From Dehalococcoidia bacterium (lineage in GTDB: Bacteria; Chloroflexota; Dehalococcoidia; UBA2979), in NCBI GenBank assembly GCA_964291495.2, contig OZ219871.1, positions 1,408,001-1,472,000 of the forward strand: a stretch of 64,000 bases of DNA. Reading direction: 5' to 3'. The translations under genes were made by a program, and so were the position numbers. The notes beneath the pieces were generated by a model. The model worked only from the letters and a program-made list of their open reading frames with translations. It had not been told where the DNA came from and did not search any database. This document shows, in pieces, positions 47,665 to 57,513 of this stretch; positions within the stretch are counted from its first letter, which is position 1; the number at the start of each line of letters is the position of its first letter.

Positions 47665-49165
47665 CTCCACACGGTCTCCCGGAGCGGCGATCGACCTCGA
47701 TCGCAGCGCGCACGAGCACGCAGCGGCGCTGCGCGCGGGCGAGTACGGCGCGCGCGCCCTGGCCGAGGCGACGCTCGCGCGCGTGGAGGCGCAGGAGCCT
47801 GACCTCAACGCTTACATCCGCGTGACCCCCGAGCAGGCCCTCGCCCAGGCCGACGCCGCCGACGAGCGGCTGCGCGCCGGCGAGGCGGCGCCCCTGACCG
47901 GCATCCCCGTCGGGCTCAAGGACGTGCTCTCCACCCAGGGCGTGGAGACCACCGCCGGCTCGCGCATCCTCGAGGGCTTCACGCCGATCATCGACTGCAC
48001 CGTCGTGGCGCGGCTGCGTGAGCAGGGCGCGGTCTTCGTCGGCAAGACCAACCTCGACGAGTTCGCGATGGGCTCCTCGACGGAGCACTCCGGCTACGGC
48101 GCGACGAGCAACCCCTGGGACCTGACGCGCGTGCCGGGCGGCTCGTCCGGCGGCTCGGCGGCGACCGTGTCCGCCCGAGGCGTACCGATCGCCCTCGGCA
48201 CGGACACGGGCGGCTCGATCCGCCAGCCGGCCGCGCTGACGGGCATCGTCGGCCTCAAGCCCACCTACGGCCGGGTCAGCCGCTACGGCGTCGTCGCCTT
48301 CGCATCCTCGCTGGAGCAGGTCGGGCCGTTCGCCCGCGACGCGCGCGACGCGGCGACGCTGCTGCAGGCGATCGCGGGACACGACCCCAACGACGCGACC
48401 ACCGCCCCGGAGCCCGTCGCCGACTACACCGAGCGCTTCGATCGCGGCCTCGAGGGCCTGCGCGTCGGCGTCCCCGGCGAGGGCCTCGTCGCGGGCCTCG
48501 AGGACGGCGTGCGCGAGGCGTTCGAAGGTGCCGTCGCGCTGTTCGAGCGGGAGGGCGCGGTCGTCGATCGCTCCGTCGCGCTGCCCTCGCTGGAGGTGGC
48601 GCTGTCCGCCTACTACATCATCGCGCCCGCCGAGGCGTCGGCGAACCTCGCCCGCTACGACGGCGTCAAGTACGGTTATCGCTTCAGGGGCGGCGAAGGC
48701 ATGTGGGACGAGATGGAACGGACCCGCGGCAACGGCTTCGGCGATGAGGTAAAGCGCCGCATCATGATCGGCGCCTACGCGCTCTCGGCCGGCTACTACG
48801 ACGCCTACTACCGCAAGGCGCAGCAGGTGCGCACGCTGGTCCGCGCCGAGTTCGAGACCGCCCTCGGGGCCAACGACCTGCTGCTCACCCCGACGACGCC
48901 GACCGTCGCCTTCCCGCTCGGCGCGAAGCTCGACGACCCGCTCGCGATGTACCTCAACGACCTGCTGACGATCCCCGTCAACATCTCCGGCAACCCGGCG
49001 GTCAGCATCCCCGGCGGCTTCTCCGAGGGCCTGCCCGTCGGCATCCAGCTGATCGCCCGGCCCTTCGAGGAGTCGACGCTGCTCGGCGCCGCGCACGCCT
49101 GCGAGGCGCTGACCGACTGGGCCGCGCGGCGCCCGCCGCTCGCGGAGATCGGAGCGCCCTCGTGA
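47657..49165 (+). CDS. gatA: Asp/Glu-tRNA amidotransferase subunit A
   Basis: GKTNLDEFAMGSSTE, GGSSGGS, GTDTGGSIRQPA, EVKRRIMIG. Confidence 0.97.
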   Translation: MADSTRSPGAAIDLDRSAHEHAAALRAGEYGARALAEATLARVEAQEPDLNAYIRVTPEQALAQADAADERLRAGEAAPLTGIPVGLKDVLSTQGVETTAGSRILEGFTPIIDCTVVARLREQGAVFVGKTNLDEFAMGSSTEHSGYGATSNPWDLTRVPGGSSGGSAATVSARGVPIALGTDTGGSIRQPAALTGIVGLKPTYGRVSRYGVVAFASSLEQVGPFARDARDAATLLQAIAGHDPNDATTAPEPVADYTERFDRGLEGLRVGVPGEGLVAGLEDGVREAFEGAVALFEREGAVVDRSVALPSLEVALSAYYIIAPAEASANLARYDGVKYGYRFRGGEGMWDEMERTRGNGFGDEVKRRIMIGAYALSAGYYDAYYRKAQQVRTLVRAEFETALGANDLLLTPTTPTVAFPLGAKLDDPLAMYLNDLLTIPVNISGNPAVSIPGGFSEGLPVGIQLIARPFEESTLLGAAHACEALTDWAARRPPLAEIGAPS

Positions 49166-50396
49166 CGACCGACGGGCACAGCGGATATCCGGCGGGCGGC
49201 TCCGGCGGGCACCAGGCGCGGCGCGGGCTGCACTCGGAGACGGTCGCCGGCCTCCCGGCTTCCGGCATCCGTCGCTTCTTCGAGCTGCTGGACAGGGCGC
49301 AGGGCGTGATCTCGCTGGCCGTCGGCCAGCCGGACTTCGCGACGCCCGCGCAGATCACCAACGCCGCCGCCGAGGCGATGCTCGCCGGCCACACCGGGTA
49401 CACCAGCAACTACGGCCTGCCCGAGCTGCGCGAGATGCTCAGCAGCCAGCTCGAGCGCCTCTACGGCGTCCGCTACAACCCGAAGAACGAGCTGATGCTC
49501 ACCACCGGCGTCTCCGAGGCGCTGGACATCGCGATGCGCGCGCTCATCGACCACGAAGACGAGGTGCTCACGCCCGAGCCCTGCTACGTCGCCTACCAGC
49601 CGGTGGTGCTGATGGCCGGCGCGCGCTACGTGCCCGTGCCGACCTACCCCGAGGACGCCTTCATGGTCACCGCCGAGGCGATCGAGGAGCGCATCACCCC
49701 GCCACCAAGGCGATCCTGCTCGGCTACCCCTCGAACCCCACGGGGGCGGTGCTGGACCGCAAGACGATGGAGGAGATCGCGGACGTGGCGCGGGCGCACG
49801 ACCTGTTCGTCATCTCCGACGAGCTCTACGACCGCCTGACCTACGACGCCGAGCACGTCTGCTTCCCGACGATCGAGGGCATGCACGAGCGCACGATCCT
49901 GCTCGGCGGCTTCTCCAAGGCCTACGCGATGACGGGCTGGCGGCTCGGCTGGGTGGCGGCGCCGCCGCACCTGCTCGAGGCGATGATGAAGATCCACCAG
50001 TACGTGATGATGAGCGCCCCCACCGCCGCCCAGTACGCCGCCGTCGAGGCGCTCGCCTCGGCCGAGGAGGACGTGCGCGGGATGGTCGCCGAGTACGACC
50101 GCCGCCGCCGCATGGTCGTCGCCCGGCTGCGCGCGATGGGCCTCCCCACGGTGGAGCCGCGCGGCGCCTTCTACGTCTTCCCCGACATCAGCCCGACCGG
50201 CCTCGACGACCTCGCCTTCGCCGAGGCGCTGCTCGAGGAGGAGCACGTCGCGATGGTGCCCGGCTCCGCCTTCGGCGAGAGCGGGCGCGGCTTCGTGCGC
50301 ATCTGCTACGCCGCCGACTACGACGACATCGCGGAGGCGATGGACCGCACCGAGCGCTTCGTCGCACGGCGGCTCGCGGCGGCGGGCCCGAAGTAG
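49162..50396 (+). CDS. Class I/II PLP aminotransferase (one frameshift near 49700)
   Basis: SGIRRFF, GQPDF; after frameshift YPSNPTG, SDELY, SKAYAMTGWRLG; one extra C in the cccc run restores the frame. Confidence 0.88.
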
Positions 50397-50412
50397 CACG
50401 GGCCGGGCGGCG

Positions 50413-51107
50413 GTGAGCGAGTCCGCCGCCGGCAGTCCGGACGACCTCGTCCTCTCGATCCGCGACGTGCGCGCGCAGCCCGGCGAGGAGCCCGGCGAGC
50501 TGGCGCTGGAGATCGACACCTCGCGCGGCACGATCCTCGCCGCGCTCCACCCCTGCGAGGGCAAGACCGGCTGCGCCGTCTTCCTCGGCGGCGCGATGGG
50601 CGGCGGCGACGGGCCGGCCGGGGGCGTCTACCTGCGCCTCAGCCGCGAGCTGGTCGCGGCCGGCGTCACCTCGCTGCGCGTCGGCTACCGCCACCCGGGC
50701 GGAGTTCGACGAGTGCGTGCTGGACGCGCTCGCCGCCTGCTCGTTCCTGCGCGGCATCGGCGCGGAGCGTGCGGTGATCATCGGGCACTCCTTTCGGCGG
50801 GGCGGTGGCGATCCGGGCGGGCGAGCTGGCCCCGCTCGCGAACGCCGTCGCGGCGCTCTCGCCGCAGCGCTTCGGCACGCAGAACGTCGAGCAGCTCGGC
50901 AAGCCGCTGCTGCTGATCCACGGATCCGACGACACCGTGCTGCTGCCCCAGGCCTCCGAGGACATCTACGAGCGCGCCCAGCAACCGAAGCGTCTCGTGA
51001 TCCTCGATGGCGGCGGCCACTCCCTGCGCGAGGTCGCCGCCGACGTCCACACCCTGCTCACGCAGTTCATCAGCGACGCCGCGGGGGATGTCGAGGAGCC
51101 GGAGTAG
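50413..51107 (+). CDS. Alpha/beta hydrolase (frameshifts near 50701 and 50793)
   Basis: Corrected frame gives GHSFGG nucleophile elbow, LLIHGSDD, GGGH. Confidence 0.8.
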
Positions 51108-51130
51108 GGGGGCGGGCGGCTATCCCCTGA

Positions 51131-51442
51131 GAGACCGTTGCGAAACTCCCGCAAGCCCGATCCGGCTCACCTCTCCTGCGTGTTCGGGAGAGCGCGCGGG
51201 GGTCCAGTCCGGGGAGGACCTCCCGCGCCGCCTCCGAGCCGGCATCCGTCGATCGGCGCACCACGCGAATTCCCGGAGGGCGGACCCTCCGCGAGCCAGC
51301 CCGCCTAACCCTGCTCTCTTCTGGGATGGCCGTAGAGGTAGTGCTTCTTGTTCCTGGCGAGGTCGGGGAGCTCGTCCCGTGCGTCCGGGGGCGTTCGCTG
51401 GCCCTGCGATGGGGAGACCCGTCGGGATTTCGCGACAGCGTC
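51131..51442. mobile_element. Possible MITE with IS5/IS1182-like terminal inverted repeats
   Basis: Left gagaccgttgcgaaactccc; right end reverse complement gacgctgtcgcgaaatccc (11/15 match); no transposase. Confidence 0.4.
51305..51391 (-). pseudogene. Antitoxin C-terminal fragment
   Basis: PPDARDELPDLARNKKHYLYGHP resembles the LP.DLA.NHDHYLYG.P tail of small antitoxins; no nearby in-frame start. Confidence 0.5.
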
Positions 51443-51523
51443 AGGTCTCCTCCGAGGGGCTCCGAGGGCGAGACGCCGTTGGCGTAGACACGGTGGTCGT
51501 CACCGTACCCTCGCTGCCGCTAT

Positions 51524-52277
51524 CTAGACGCCGGCCCCTAAGCCCCCGAGCGCGATCGCCTCGGGCGACGGCACCACGATCCACGTCGCACGCACGATTG
51601 CGACCGCGCGCCCGTCCGCCGCGAGCAGCGCCGACTCCGCGTGGCGGCGGTTGCCCTCGGCGCCGGTCCGGCGCGCCACGGCGACGTACTCCTCGCCTGC
51701 TCGCACCGGCTCGAGGACGCGCGCGGCCATCCGCCCCAGCACCGCGCTCAGCCGGTCGTTCACGTGCGCCCAGCCGGTCGGGCAGTCGATCGCGGCCCAG
51801 ACGATGGGCTCCGCCACGACGCCATCCGCACCCGCGAGGTCCGCCGAGGGCGTCCACGGCGCGGCGACGACCTCGGAGCCGTCGGAGACGGGGCCCGTGA
51901 AGATGCGCAGGCCGTCGCCGGGTGCGCGTTCGGTGCCGCACGTGAAGCAGCTCGGGAACGGATGCTGCTCGAATCCGCGGAAGCGGCTCACCGCCTCGAT
52001 GGCCTCGGCCGGACTCACCCGCGGCGGCCCCGCCGGCTCGAGCGAGGTGGGCGCGGCCTCCGCCACCAGGTGCTCGCCGTCGAACAGCAACACGCGATCG
52101 CCCTCGTGGCGAACGTCCATCGCCCGGTCGAGCGGGGGCGGGCTGCGCAGCGTCACCTCGGCCGTGGGCTCGTCGACGTGCCGCGCGAGCAGCGCGCAGG
52201 TGTAGCCGCCGTTGGCGGAGTGCGGCGGCCCGCGAAAGCGCCGGGGGATGGACGATCGTCGCCTCGTTGCCGGCCAC
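51524..52277 (-). CDS. Hotdog-fold thioesterase-like protein (frameshift near 5' end)
   Basis: RFRGPPHSANGGY, HPFPSCFTCG, WAAIDCP. Confidence 0.8.
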
Positions 52278-52348
52278 CGGGCCTGTCCTCCTCGATCGCG
52301 CCGCAACGATACCTGCGGGACGGGGCGCTGCTAAGGTCGTGAGCGCCG

Positions 52349-53281
52349 ATGCGGAATGGGGCGGAGCGATGGCGGATCTCGGCGTGTGGACGGTTGCGCG
52401 ACGCGCCGAGCGTTAGCGCGACCAGGTCGATCTGGAGGACGCAACTCGAGGACTGGATCGCCAACGACTCGTCGCTGCTCGCCGACGGGCTCACCATCGT
52501 CGCCAGCTGTGGTTCGAGGGCGGACCGCTCGACCTGCTGGCGATCGACGAGCAGGACCGCTGGGTAGTGATCGAGCTCAAGCGCGCGCGGCTCTACCGCG
52601 ACGCGATCACCCAGGCGCTCGACTACGCGTCGACGAATGGACTCCGAGGATCTCGAAGCCCTGCTGCGGGTCTCGCCGTCGGCGACGCGGAGGAGCTGTC
52701 GCGCGGTGCGGCGGCAACTGGTAGACCTGAGGAGGCCCCCGCGAGGTGGCCGTGCTGCTCGCCGGTCTCGGCGTCGATGCCGGGCTGGAGCGCATCGTCG
52801 CGCACCTCGGCGGCTACGGCGCCGATCAGCATCGTCACATTCGAGGCCTTCGAGGTGTGACGGTCCCCGCCTGCTGATCCGCGAGGTCACCGAGGAGCAC
52901 GCGTCACGAACGCGACGGCCCGGCCAGCGTCGATGAGATCCGCCAGCTCGCTGAGAGCTGGTGTCGAGGCGCAGTTTACGAGCGCTTCCCAGATGTCGCG
53001 GACCTCGATGCTCGTAGTGCGTTCCTTACGAGCGGGCGTCTCGATCGCCCCCGCTCGGACGCGAGGCTGATTGACGCACCGCGGGACGCATGGCATGTCA
53101 TCGCGGTCCACCCGGAAGTGTTCGCCGAGTTCTTCCCGCCGCTGACCGAAAGCGAGCGAAGCCTTCGGCCCGCCGGGTCCTTTCCGGGCACTTCACCGGC
53201 GCCGACCTCGACGCGCGGCTCGACCAGATCGAGGCGTTCCTGAAGAGCCTGCCGCGCCCTGACGACGACGAACCGGAGTAG
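52349..53281 (+). pseudogene. NucS/RecB-type PD-(D/E)XK endonuclease, multiply frameshifted
   Basis: LEDWIAND, then in another frame PLDLLAID..RWVVIELK...AITQALDYAS; several further shifts. Confidence 0.7.
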
Positions 53282-53290
53282 CCCCAGCCG

Positions 53291-54364
53291 TCACCCGTCG
53301 AGGTAGTTGAGGCCGAGGGCGGAGCGGACGTCCGCCATCGTGTCCTGCGCGACGCCGCGGGCGTGCTCCGTGCCGCGGGCGAGCGCCGCGCGGACCTCGG
53401 CGGGGTTCGCCTCGTAGTGGGCGCGGCGCTCGCGGATCGGGTCGAGGAAGGTGTTGAGCGCCGCCGCCAGCTTGCGCTTCACCTCCACGTCGCCGACGCG
53501 ACCCGTGCGGTAGCGGTCCTTGAGGTCGTCGACCTCCTCGGTGTCGGGGTTGAAGGCGTCGTGGTACATGAAGACCGGGTTGCCCTCGACGTGGCCGGGG
53601 TCGGTGGCGCGCAGCCGCGTCGGGTCCGTGTACATGCGCATCACCTTGCGCTCGACCGTCTCGGCGTCGTCCTTGAGGTCGATCGTGTTGCCCAGCGACT
53701 TGCTCATCTTCGCGTTGCCGTCGATGCCGACCAGGCGCGGGATGCGGCCGACGAGGCCGTCCGGCTCGGGGAAGACGTAGCCGAAGCGGCGGTTGAAGCG
53801 GCGTGCGACCTCGCGCGTCATCTCGATGTGCGGCAGCTGGTCCTCGCCGACGGGCACGAGGTGCGCGCGCGGCATCAGGATGTTGGCGACCTGCATGATC
53901 GGGTAGGTGAAGAAGGCGACGGGCACGGCCCCGCGCTCGCGCACCACCTGCCGCTTGCCCTCGCGCTCGGCCTCCTCGAAGGACATGCCGCGCTCCTCGA
54001 GCTCCTCCATCTCGGCCTTGAGGGTCGGGTTGCGTTCGAGCCGTCCCATGCCGATGAACCAGCTGAGCAGCGTCGTCAGTTCGGCGTGCTCGGGCACCAG
54101 GCTCTCGATCACGAAGTGCGAGCGATCGGGGTCGAGCCCGACGGCGAGCCAGTCGGTGGCGACCTCGATCACGGCCTCGCGGACGCGATCGATGTCATCG
54201 GCGTGGTCGGAGACCTGGTAGTCGGCGATGAGGAAGAAGCACTCGTACTCGTCCTGCAGCCGGAGCCAGTTCTCGAGCGCGCCCGCGTAGTGCCCGAGGT
54301 GCAGCGCCCCGGTGGGCCGCACCCCGGTCAGGATCCGCTGTCGCTCCTCGCCTGCCTCGCCCAT
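53291..54364 (-). CDS. trpS: Tryptophan--tRNA ligase
   Basis: TGVRPTGALHLGH, VPVGEDQLPH, KMSKS. Confidence 0.96.
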   Translation of the reverse strand: MGEAGEERQRILTGVRPTGALHLGHYAGALENWLRLQDEYECFFLIADYQVSDHADDIDRVREAVIEVATDWLAVGLDPDRSHFVIESLVPEHAELTTLLSWFIGMGRLERNPTLKAEMEELEERGMSFEEAEREGKRQVVRERGAVPVAFFTYPIMQVANILMPRAHLVPVGEDQLPHIEMTREVARRFNRRFGYVFPEPDGLVGRIPRLVGIDGNAKMSKSLGNTIDLKDDAETVERKVMRMYTDPTRLRATDPGHVEGNPVFMYHDAFNPDTEEVDDLKDRYRTGRVGDVEVKRKLAAALNTFLDPIRERRAHYEANPAEVRAALARGTEHARGVAQDTMADVRSALGLNYLDG

Positions 54365-54500
54365 CGCTCCGTGCCTCCTCGCGTCGAGGGTATCGCGAGT
54401 GGGGGAGGGGGGCGAGGGATGGGTAGACTACGGAGGTGGTACGCTCGATACCGCGAGGCCACAGTCGGCGCGTGGTGCGCAGGGTTTGAGGAGTGGAAGC

Positions 54501-54803
54501 ATGGTTGCCGGGGCGCCCGAGCAACTGCGCGACGATGCGCTTGCCTTCTTTCGGAGCGAGGATCTTCCCGATTCGCTGTGCTGGGTCGAGGAACTCACGC
54601 CCCTGCAAATGCGCCTGTTCGCGGTTGAGCTCTCTGACGCGCTGAAGGACTGCCTCATCACGGGCGACTACCGGCAGTTGGTTACAGTCATAGAGGGCTG
54701 GGAGGCTACTGCCGAGGTCATGCGCTCGCCAGAGATGATGGCAGCGATTAAACGGCCGGTGGATCTCGACGAATACACCTCGTTGTCCGAGCTCACGGAG
54801 TGA
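54501..54803 (+). CDS. Putative antitoxin (100 aa, acidic)
   Basis: SD gaggag; C-terminal IEGWEATAEVMRSPEMMAAI resembles YefM/Phd-type neutralising tails. Confidence 0.65.
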   Translation: MVAGAPEQLRDDALAFFRSEDLPDSLCWVEELTPLQMRLFAVELSDALKDCLITGDYRQLVTVIEGWEATAEVMRSPEMMAAIKRPVDLDEYTSLSELTE

Positions 54804-55095
54804 TGTAGCCGGGTCGGCTCCGCTCCCAGTCTGGATGCGGACCCACGTAGATGACCAGCACCAGACCCTGGTCCTCGTCGATACGGTAGATCAGTCTGCG
54901 CCGACGACTCACCACGACCTGGTAGTGGTCCGTAAACGGCTCTCTGAGCGCCTTGAGCCTGCCCGGAATGGCCGCTGTCGGTGTCTGCCTGACGTGACCA
55001 CCCAGGAGAGCGAGCAACCGATCGCGGACACCCTGATCCCATGACTCGATCTCTTTGAGGTGGTCTGGACGGAACCGGACATCGTAGAGCGGCAG
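54793..55095 (-). CDS. RelE/YoeB/ParE-superfamily toxin (probable CTG start)
   Basis: YDVRFRP..LKEI...RLKALR...HYQV...RRRLIYRID....VLVIYVGPH; frame open up to the argS stop. Confidence 0.75.
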   Translation of the reverse strand: MPLYDVRFRPDHLKEIESWDQGVRDRLLALLGGHVRQTPTAAIPGRLKALREPFTDHYQVVVSRRRRLIYRIDEDQGLVLVIYVGPHPDWERSRPGYITP

Positions 55096-55104
55096 ATCGG
55101 GCCC

Positions 55105-56767
55105 CTACATCCGCTCCGGCGCCGAGATGCCCATCAGGCCGAGCGTGCGCGCGAGGGTGAGGCGGGTGGCCTCGAGGAGCAGGAGGCGCGCGCGGCTCAG
55201 CGCCTCGTCGTCGCCGAGCACGCGGCACTGCGTGTAGAAGACGTGGAACGACTGCGCCAGCTCCTGCGCGTAGTGCGGCAGGCGGTGCGGCGCCAGCTCT
55301 TCGACGACCTCCTCGATCACCTCGGGCAGCAGCAGCAGCTTGCGGATCAGCGCCTGCTCCGCCTCGTGCGTCAGCAGCGAGGGCTGCGCGCCCTCGGCGG
55401 ACAGGCCCTGCTCGTCGGCGTTGCGGAGCACGCCGGCAATGCGCGCGTGCGCGTACTGCACGTAGTAGACCGGGTTGTCGTCCGACTGCCGCTTCGCCAG
55501 CTCCAGGTCGAAGTCCATCGCCGAGCCCGCCGAGGAGAGCAGGAAGAAGAAGCGCGCCGCGTCGCGGCCGACCTCGTCGACGACCTCGCGCAGCGTCACG
55601 ATCTCGCCCGCGCGCTTGGAGAGCGGCACGACCACGCCGTTCCGCTTGAGCGTCACGAGCTGGTAGAGCAGCACGTCGAGGGCGTCGCCGTCGCCGCCCG
55701 TCGCCGTCACGCCGGCCTTGACGCGCGAGACGTGGCCCTGGTGGTCCGCGCCCCAGACGTCGATCACGCGGTCGAAGCCGCGCTCGATGAACTTGTCGTA
55801 GTGGTAGGCGATGTCCGTGGCGAAGTAGGTCGGCTGCCCGTCCGAGCGGATCAGCACGTTGTCCTTCGACTCGCCGAGCTGCGAGGAGGCGAACCAGACC
55901 GCGCCCTCGCGCTCGACGACGTGACCGTCCTCGCGCAGCAGCGAGAGCACGCGGTCGTAGGGGCCGCCCTCGACCTGCAGCGAGCGCTCGGCGAACCAGC
56001 GGTCGTAGCTCACGCCCATCGCCTCGAGGTCCTCGCGGATCTGCTCGACCATGAGGCGGATGCCCTCGTCGCCGAGTTGGGCGTCGGGCTCCTCGCCCTC
56101 GGGGCGCAGGAGGGCGTCGCCGTGCTCGCCGCTGGAGGCGGGCGGCGACGTCGCGCACGTACTCGCCGGGGTAGCCGTTCTCCGGGATCTCGGCGTCGCG
56201 GCCGAACAGCTGCTGGTAGCGGGCGTAGAGGGTGCGCGCGAAGATCGCGACCTGCTGGCCGGCGTCGTTGATGTAGTACTCCTCCTCCACCTCGTGCCCG
56301 GTCGCGCGCAGCACGGCGGCGAGCGTGGAGCCGATGGCGGCCCCGCGCCCGTTGCCGACGTGGATCGGCCCGGTCGGGTTGGCGGAGACGTACTCGACCT
56401 GCGTCTTGCTGCCGCCGCCGAGGTCGAGCTGCGGCCAGGCGTCACCTTCCTCGGCGATCGCGCGCGCCTGATCGGCGGCCCAGGCGGGGTCGAGGTAGAG
56501 GTTGAGGAAACCGGGCGGGGCGACGCGCACCTCGCCGACGGCGGGGTGGTCGGGCATGCGCGCGCGCAGCGCCTCGGCGACATCGAGGGCGCGCATGCGG
56601 GCGAGGCCCTGGATACGCAGTGGGAGGTTGGCGGCGAAGTCGCCGTGCTCGGGGCGCTGGGGGTGTTCGAGGGTGACCTCGGGCGCGGCGAACGCGGGCA
56701 GGTCGCCCGCCTCCTGCGCGGCGGCGAGTGCGCGTTCGACCAGTTCCCGCAGCTCTTCGCGAATCAC
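55105..56767 (-). CDS. argS: Arginine--tRNA ligase (one frameshift near 56131)
   Basis: HGDFAAN, EYVSANPTGPIHVGNGRGA, WGADHQG, SKRAG, YVQYAHAR. Confidence 0.94.
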
Positions 56768-56874
56768 GTCACGCCCAGTCTATCGCGCGTGGCGTCGCGC
56801 GCGAGGGGTGGGCGGCGCTGCGGGGGAGGGGTATCCGTAGTCGAGGGTGCGGCGCGGACTCCCTCGGCATCCCG

Positions 56875-57399
56875 TCAGAAGGCCAAGATGACCGTCAGTG
56901 CGATAAAGGCGACATCGATCTCCAAGACAACCATAAGGGCGAGAAGCTGATATCTGCCCTTCTTTATCCGTAGCTTCTCCGCATTTTCTTCCACGAGTTG
57001 GTAGATCGCCTCAGTTAACCGGTACTTTGCAGGCAACTCCTCATTGTCGGCGGCGATCCTGAGCACATTCTCTCCGCCTAGATCCAGACCCAGTGCGATC
57101 CGCTGAATGCGCCAGAAGAATAAGAAAACTAGAAGAAACAGGCATAGGATGGCCACGGCGGCCGCGACAGCCCAATAGGGCAGTTCATCCATGTCGCCAA
57201 GTCGGAACACAACGGTGCCGGGGAACACTGCGAGGATCGCGAGGGCTAGCGTCAGCATTCGCTCTGCCTTCGCCTCGACCCTGCTGCTCTCTTGCGACTG
57301 CCCGTCGAGTGTTCGAGTGGCTTGGTCGTAGGCGACGTTTGCCGCCTCGTAGTGAGGTTCCCCGTTCGTCTCACCAGTCGAATCAGAGGCACTCTTCAA
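56875..57399 (-). CDS. Lower-GC 3-TM membrane protein of unknown function
   Basis: EAKAERMLTLALAILA TM1, TM2, NAEKLRIKKGRY then TM3; AT-richer codons; TTG start. Confidence 0.65.
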   Translation of the reverse strand: MKSASDSTGETNGEPHYEAANVAYDQATRTLDGQSQESSRVEAKAERMLTLALAILAVFPGTVVFRLGDMDELPYWAVAAAVAILCLFLLVFLFFWRIQRIALGLDLGGENVLRIAADNEELPAKYRLTEAIYQLVEENAEKLRIKKGRYQLLALMVVLEIDVAFIALTVILAF

Positions 57400-57450
57400 T
57401 GGGTTGTTCCCCGTTCCGTAGGAAGTAGCGGCCAGCGCCGGATCGTGTAG

Positions 57451-57480
57451 ATGATATCAGAATATGTGTTCGCTTTGCGA
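57451..57480 (-). promoter_or_regulatory. Promoter with LexA (SOS)-like box in the spacer
   Basis: TCGCAA-N18-TATCAT; spacer contains CGAACACATATTCT (GAAC-N4-GTTC with one mismatch). Confidence 0.55.
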
Positions 57481-57513
57481 GGTGCGCACCGCAGGGGGGT
57501 AGGCGACTCCCGC

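Noticed and set aside
55096-55107. ArgRS-toxin fusion by TAG readthrough (pyrrolysine)
   Set aside because: ArgRS ends in its normal ..PERM terminus and no pyl genes are seen; the in-frame position has a one-in-three chance.
55105-56767. argS as a pseudogene or programmed frameshift
   Set aside because: Essential gene, all motifs intact, single indel within an error-rich segment, no slippery site.
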